From NCBI RefSeq assembly GCF_032062105.1, contig NW_026937907.1:1-64000 (forward strand): DNA of 64,000 bases. The letters are read 5' to 3'. Positions within the stretch are counted from its first letter, which is position 1; each line of letters opens with the position of its first letter. Positions 58,121 through 64,000 of this stretch are shown here, one piece after another. This DNA comes from Saccostrea cucullata. Its lineage: Eukaryota. A program made the translations under genes and the position numbers. The notes under the pieces were generated by a model that did not search any database, was not told the origin of the DNA, and saw only the letters and a list, made by a program, of their open reading frames with translations.

Positions 58121-58748
58121 GTTAACAAGTCAAATTAAACACGACTACGCGATACCACGATTAAAATGAGCATGCATCTAAAGGGCTGAAATCAACACTT
58201 CACTAAGCCTGGCTGACTAAATGCGTTTTAATTTTGTTTGTGGTAATTTGTTGTTGCTGTGATTTATTAGTTGTTTCATCAGAATTAGCTATGAATTCAA
58301 AATAAAATGTTTATATTTTCATACTCACAGTAATTGAAAAGACCTCAGAAATTGTCATATTTATTGGTATTTTTAAAGACATATTATACATACATGTGTA
58401 CAAAATTATATATTGATGATAAATAAACATGATTATGTATGAAGAGCTGAAATTCGGGAGTGACGAAACTTGTGTTAGAGGTGTTGAAGAAACATCAGTG
58501 TCTATAAAGAGTTGGAAAACAGGAAAGACGAAACTTTGGTTTAAGATGTTAAAAAAGAGTGTCAATGGAGAATGGAAAGCGGAAGTGACTAAGTTGTGGT
58601 TGTGATGTCATATTTAGCTGAAAACAACACAGACTTGAATATGGAAAAGCAATAAATGTATTTTTAGGCTTTAATTTTCTACTACATGTATTCAAAATAA
58701 AAAAAATCTCTTGCAAAGGTAAATGGATTATTAAAAATTGATCTGACC

Positions 58749-59750
58749 TCAGTGAGTATTTCTAGATTTAAAATCACATGATTGACAAATAGCCGCCCTA
58801 AACTTAACATCAAAGTAAGTATATATAAAAGGATTTACAGAATGATTTAAAATTATAAAGCGTCCAAATATCATCCATGTTACAAGGGAACGTTTTGGTA
58901 AATTTAAATAGTTCACGGACGAGTATGCCAAAATTAGCAGCACAGCCGTCGGTAGAAATGACACCATATAAAATACTACAATCATGGCATACATCATATT
59001 GAATTCAGTTTGTATGTCTTTACGTTTAGAACTTTTGGAGTTGGAATCGTCCCCTTCTCTGTTCTCTTTACAGAGCGGTTCACACTCTGTTCCCTTCTTC
59101 TGGAACACTTTCCTCAATCGAATTGCAATAAGGGCATAAAGGACAACAAGCGCAACAAGAATGATCGTAATGAGCGTATAAATAATTCCTAGGTAGGCAA
59201 ATATTAACCCGTTATAATGTTGAGTGATATCATTGTCCACAAACTTGCATAGGGTTCCTGTGACGTTCCGGCCTTGAAATTGTAAAGGTACTGTAGAGGT
59301 CCCCGAAAATACAAACCATGGAACCATGATAATGCCTGAGATTGCTACAGTCAAACATATAGAAATCCGTCTCCATAACAACGTGAAATGGTCGCCGTCT
59401 GGGTGACACACCTTTCTATAACGTTGCACTGCAATCACAAGGAGAAGACATGCCGACAAAAATCCTATGAACATTTGTGAAAAATTGAGCCATTGGCAAA
59501 CTGTCTCCGATGGATAGTTGAAAAAGAAATAATTGTCCATTGCATCGTAAACTGCCATTGAGATAGACCCCCACATGTCTATGAAGGCTAAAAAGGGGAT
59601 AAAATACCGGTCTCCATTCTCGTCCTTAACTGTACAACAGTACGAGACAATAACAATAGCATTACCAATGACGCCTATAATTCCTGCAGTTGTAATAAAC
59701 ACAGTGCAAGGCAGCAGCATTTCTGCGTACTCGTGAGAAAGATTAGCCAT
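58749..59750 (-). CDS. Intronless class A orphan GPCR, copy 2
   Basis: Paralogue of copy 1: MANLS, DENGDRYFIPFLAFID, VIAVQRYRKVCH, NHSVNPFIY. Confidence 0.94.
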   Translation of the reverse strand: MANLSHEYAEMLLPCTVFITTAGIIGVIGNAIVIVSYCCTVKDENGDRYFIPFLAFIDMWGSISMAVYDAMDNYFFFNYPSETVCQWLNFSQMFIGFLSACLLLVIAVQRYRKVCHPDGDHFTLLWRRISICLTVAISGIIMVPWFVFSGTSTVPLQFQGRNVTGTLCKFVDNDITQHYNGLIFAYLGIIYTLITIILVALVVLYALIAIRLRKVFQKKGTECEPLCKENREGDDSNSKSSKRKDIQTEFNMMYAMIVVFYMVSFLPTAVLLILAYSSVNYLNLPKRSLVTWMIFGRFIILNHSVNPFIYTYFDVKFRAAICQSCDFKSRNTH

Positions 59751-61465
59751 TGCTATTAAAACTTCCCGAGGATTGTATCACGACAACTGTAAAGATTTTC
59801 CTTTCTTAATTGAGGAAATTGTATGACAAAGGCATATCCGAGTGCAAATATATATATTTTTAAAAATCCTACCATGCTTAATACTTGTTGCTACTTATAT
59901 CCAGTGGACTTTTGGACCTTCAATATTTGTCATACTAACACTTTTATTACAAGGAAATTTATTTATAATAGTTTCCTTATATTTATTGTTTTTTAACATT
60001 AAATTGAAACTCAGTAACACCCACGGACACTGGAAGTTAATGTACAAATATACTACATAGTATGTGAATAAATATTTGTGTATTTATACATGAACATACA
60101 TATGTACTACATACATGTACATGTATTTATTACATATACCCCCCGCGAAAATTTGCGATTTTACAGTATCTAAAAGTTGTTAAATCTTAAAGTCTGACTA
60201 GTTAGAGATTGAATGAGAAAAAAGGGCATGAAATGATGCGAAAAAACCTTTAAAATTTTTCTAAGTAATTCCTCTTCCAAGGGAGAAAATGTATTTTAAA
60301 AAATTGGGGGGGGGGGGGGGATGAAGGTAGAACCTAGCGCACAATAATCACGTACAGTCCCTTAAATTGGTGAAAACCCAATTCATTGGCGCATAGAAAG
60401 AAATGAGAAGGAAAACTGACATTGGTATTTTAATTACTTGGAAAATCAAATGTACTCAATTCAAGCCAGTTTTAAAGTTTACAAACACCTAGAATCACCT
60501 ATGGTTTTTCATCCAAGTTTATCATTAAGCGGTATTATATACAGACTCTTTCAGTGCTATTTATGACAGGCGCTACACGTTTTTAATTTTTCTTTTCATG
60601 AATAAAAGAATTTCCCATAATATTATTATAGTATGGAGATTTTTTATATATAAAAAGAAAAGTTAAAAACTCAAGCGCCTGTACTATTTATGAAACAATT
60701 AAATAAATAAATTAAACATTATTCTCTAATTCTAATATCACAATATCTTTTTTAAGTCAGACATAATACAATTATCATAACTTAAGTAGAATCAATTCAA
60801 ATGTCGATACGAGAAGAGTATTGTTTCTAATTGCCTTAAAATATTTATTTTGACAAAAATATTAGATGATTCAAGATATAATTATTATAATACTGGGAAA
60901 TTGTTATTTTAAATTATTACGAAGAGTAACAATTAAATACATAATTTGAGGAAAGTTTTGTCTGACCTTATAACAATTCAATTTTGAGTTATATTCTGAA
61001 AAACGATAAGGTACATTTCAAAGATGAGACGTGCAAACATAAAGGGGGGGGGGGGTCTAATCTACTACAGCTTAGACCAAAAAGTAATATCATCAAAGCA
61101 GTATACAGATAAATGCATATATAGGTACACAATTTTAAGATACGTACAGCTCTGCGCACTTTTAACACCCACATGGCTTTTCGCACAAATTAACGTCACA
61201 TTATAACAATGCAAAATTGCTTAACGAGACAACAAAATATATTCTCAAAGTGAATGTTTAAATTAGCTTTCATTTTATTCACTGACAAAAATATATTTCA
61301 TTCACACATTATATTTGAAGGACTTTGATATGCTCTAGGATGATAGAATGTAACAGTTCTCTATAATGGATGGTTTTATGGTTTCTCCCCACCTGCAGCC
61401 GTATCTGTGTTGCAGTCCAGTTTGCCTTGCCTAAACACAGTGCATCTCCAGTAACTTGTACTTTC

Positions 61466-61576
61466 TGTCTTTCACTAGTTAACAATTTTCAATAATTGCC
61501 AATGAGTACATGGCTAAACAAATAGCCATGTACGTACTCATTAGCAATTGAAAATTGTTAACTATAGTGAAAGACA
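61466..61576. repeat. Palindromic hairpin element
   Basis: TGTCTTTCACTAGTTAACAATTTTCAAT...AATGAGTACATGGCTA / TAGCCATGTAC...ATTGAAAATTGTTAACTATAGTGAAAGACA. Confidence 0.75.
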
Positions 61577-62181
61577 CTTCTGTACTCTTTTAAAGCTCAA
61601 GGCAATAGCAATCTTTCGCATCTGTTCGACTGCTTTCCTTGTGAAAAAGTTAACATTTTTTCGGAGTTAATTACTTTCTGAAATTTAGCATCATGAGAAA
61701 TAAATTTCAAAGTTTCAATCCGTAAATGTATTAAATTTTAAAAAATCCTTTCTATATTAAAAAAATTAATATTTACTATTTTAAAAGTGAACAATGCTTC
61801 ATTATCCTGTCTTTTGGCAAGGTTTATCTCTGCAGCATTGAACTTTTCCGGTGCTCTATTTCGACAAAACTAACTAAGTATGGTAAATGAGCAAGAAAAA
61901 ATACTCATCTTTAAAGAGACAATTTGAAAACTTCAACTAAACAGTCATAAAGAAAACTCGATAATTTCAATTTGAACACACCTTTGGTAGAATTAAACAG
62001 ATGTTACATCGTACCACTTATTGATTATGTCCACTTAAAACATCGACTTCGAAAACTGAAGATAATTATTTTCAGGACATATGCCATGTGAGCTTAAAAA
62101 GTGTTCGGAGCTGTATTTTAGAAGAAATTTCAATAAATATACTTATTCAGATAAAGGTAAACAAATCTTAAATTTTAAAAA

Positions 62182-63183
62182 TCAAACATGTGTTTTGTTC
62201 TTACACTGACAAACACTGATGAGTGCTTTCCGAAATTTAAAATCAAAGCAAGTATATATAAATGGATTCACAAAATGGTTTATGACCACAAAACGCCCAA
62301 AAATCAGATATGCATTCAAGGCGGATTTTGGTAAATTCAGATAGTTAACATGGGAGTACGCCACAATCAGCAGCATAGCAGAGGGAACAAAAGACACTAT
62401 ATACACTATAACAATCGTAGCATACATCAAGTTAAACCACGTCCGTACGTCCGTATTTGTGGTATGTTTTGAACTGGAATCAACATTCTCTCCAGTTTCT
62501 TTGCAGAGTGGTTCACATTCTGTCCCTGTCTTCTGGAAAACTTTCCTTAATTTTAGTGCAATGAGGGCATAAAGTACAACAAGCGCAACAAGGATGACCA
62601 TAGTCAACGTGTAAATACATCCAAAATATAAAAACACTATTGAATGGTAGTGAAGGATGACGTTATGGCTTACGAACTTGCAAATGGTTCCTGTGACGTT
62701 TTGGCCTTGAAATTGAACAGAGGTCATAAATGTCCCCGAGAAAATGAGCCAAGGAGACATGATAAAGGCCGAGATGGAAACAGTTAAACAAATAGAACAC
62801 CGCCTCCAGAACAATGTCAACTGACCATGGTCTGCGTGGCATACCTTTCTATACCGCTGTACTGCAATGACCAACAAAAGAGATGCAGAAAGGAAGCCGC
62901 TAAACATCTGTGAAAAATTAAGTGATTTACAACATATTTCCGACGGATAGCTGAAAAAGAAATAATTTGATATCGCATTGAAAATTGTCATCGAAATAGA
63001 TCCCAACATGTCAATGAATGCTAGAAAAGGAATAAAGTATCTGTCTCCATTTTCGTCCTCCACTTTACAACAGTACAAGACGATAACTATAATATTCCCA
63101 AAGACTCCTAAAGTCCCTGTCGTTGTAATGAATATGGTGCCCGGCAGCAATATTTCAGAAAACTCTTGAGATAGATTGGCCAT
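62182..63183 (-). CDS. Intronless class A orphan GPCR, copy 3
   Basis: Paralogue of copies 1 and 2; start set at MANLS; NHFVNPFIY. Confidence 0.94.
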   Translation of the reverse strand: MANLSQEFSEILLPGTIFITTTGTLGVFGNIIVIVLYCCKVEDENGDRYFIPFLAFIDMLGSISMTIFNAISNYFFFSYPSEICCKSLNFSQMFSGFLSASLLLVIAVQRYRKVCHADHGQLTLFWRRCSICLTVSISAFIMSPWLIFSGTFMTSVQFQGQNVTGTICKFVSHNVILHYHSIVFLYFGCIYTLTMVILVALVVLYALIALKLRKVFQKTGTECEPLCKETGENVDSSSKHTTNTDVRTWFNLMYATIVIVYIVSFVPSAMLLIVAYSHVNYLNLPKSALNAYLIFGRFVVINHFVNPFIYTCFDFKFRKALISVCQCKNKTHV

Positions 63184-64000
63184 CACAAAAATCTTAACAG
63201 CAGTCTCTTTTGCATGTACATGTACATTGTACATATCAAATGAACTTATGATTATTTAATTAATGTATAAAATACAGGAAAGGAAACGTATTTACTCCTA
63301 TAATATCCGCTTAATTAATATATTGTGAGGGAACGTTTTCTTAATTCAAAATTCAAATTATGTCATCAATGATTTATTATTATTTCCTCGTTACTTTATG
63401 CAATAAATGTGTTTTTTAATTACATATATGTTATGTAATTATAAATGAATATTGGTAAAATTATACCTGTCACCCCCTTTTATCCCTACTTCTGTTGGTC
63501 TTTTCACTTGAAAAAAAAGATCACATCTTTATTAAAGTCGGTTCACTTTATGCATAAAATGGCCCTGTAGATATACCAATTAATTGAACAACACTTGATT
63601 TTCTATTTGAAGCATTAAAATAAAATAGACACTTGGTGCTTTCATATCCTATTTAAAAAAAATCTTCTAAAAGTTCAGGTCTTGGAGAACTGGCTTTATG
63701 AAATTGCAATGTTCTTGAATTTTTAGGTAAACAGGTATAATTGAGTACTTTCAGTGAAGAAAAATTATATGAGCACACTCTCTGATCTAAAAAATAAAAC
63801 ATGTCCAATAATCCTCAGAAACAGTTCTATCATTTACTATTCGTATATTATAGATCAGAGGTTGCGCTATACATTAAATATCAAAAAATAGCGTAAAAAA
63901 TTGGCCGTTTTAGTAGACTTTTTCAGAATATGAGGAAATTGACGCAATTCGTGACGTCATAATACATTGACTAGCCAGAAAATGACGTCATTTTTGATAG

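Noticed and set aside
63532-64000. Left end of another TTAA-flanked non-autonomous element (TTAA|AGTCGG..., TGACGTCA motifs)
   Set aside because: No matching right end lies within the window, so it cannot be supported.

Overview
AT-rich, intron-rich animal DNA. The gene and repeat content suggests a bivalve mollusc, probably an oyster; this is inference. Host genes in order: 5' part of LETMD1 (-), head-to-head with HDHD2 (+); VPS26C/DSCR3 (-), head-to-head with a SAXO/FAM154-like gene (+); a secreted mosaic lectin (SUEL + F5/8C + C-type lectin + chitin-binding, +); a FAXC-like gene (+); an uncharacterised basic protein (-); and three tandem intronless class A GPCRs (-). Mobile DNA: a complete 406-bp TRIM with tRNA-like LTRs (Helenus type) in HDHD2 intron 1, and an 8.8-kb Kolobok transposon in VPS26C intron 4. 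The Kolobok carries a decayed THAP-DDE transposase, a convergent KolX/P2X7-ballast-like gene, and a nested piggyBac with an intact 558-aa ORF. Penelope-like, RTE and L2/CR1-like remnants, a HINE and several MITEs are also present. The least explained signal is three unrelated tandem repeats whose unit is an exon end plus its own 5' splice site. Exon coordinates were read by hand and may be off by a few bases; no database searches were run.
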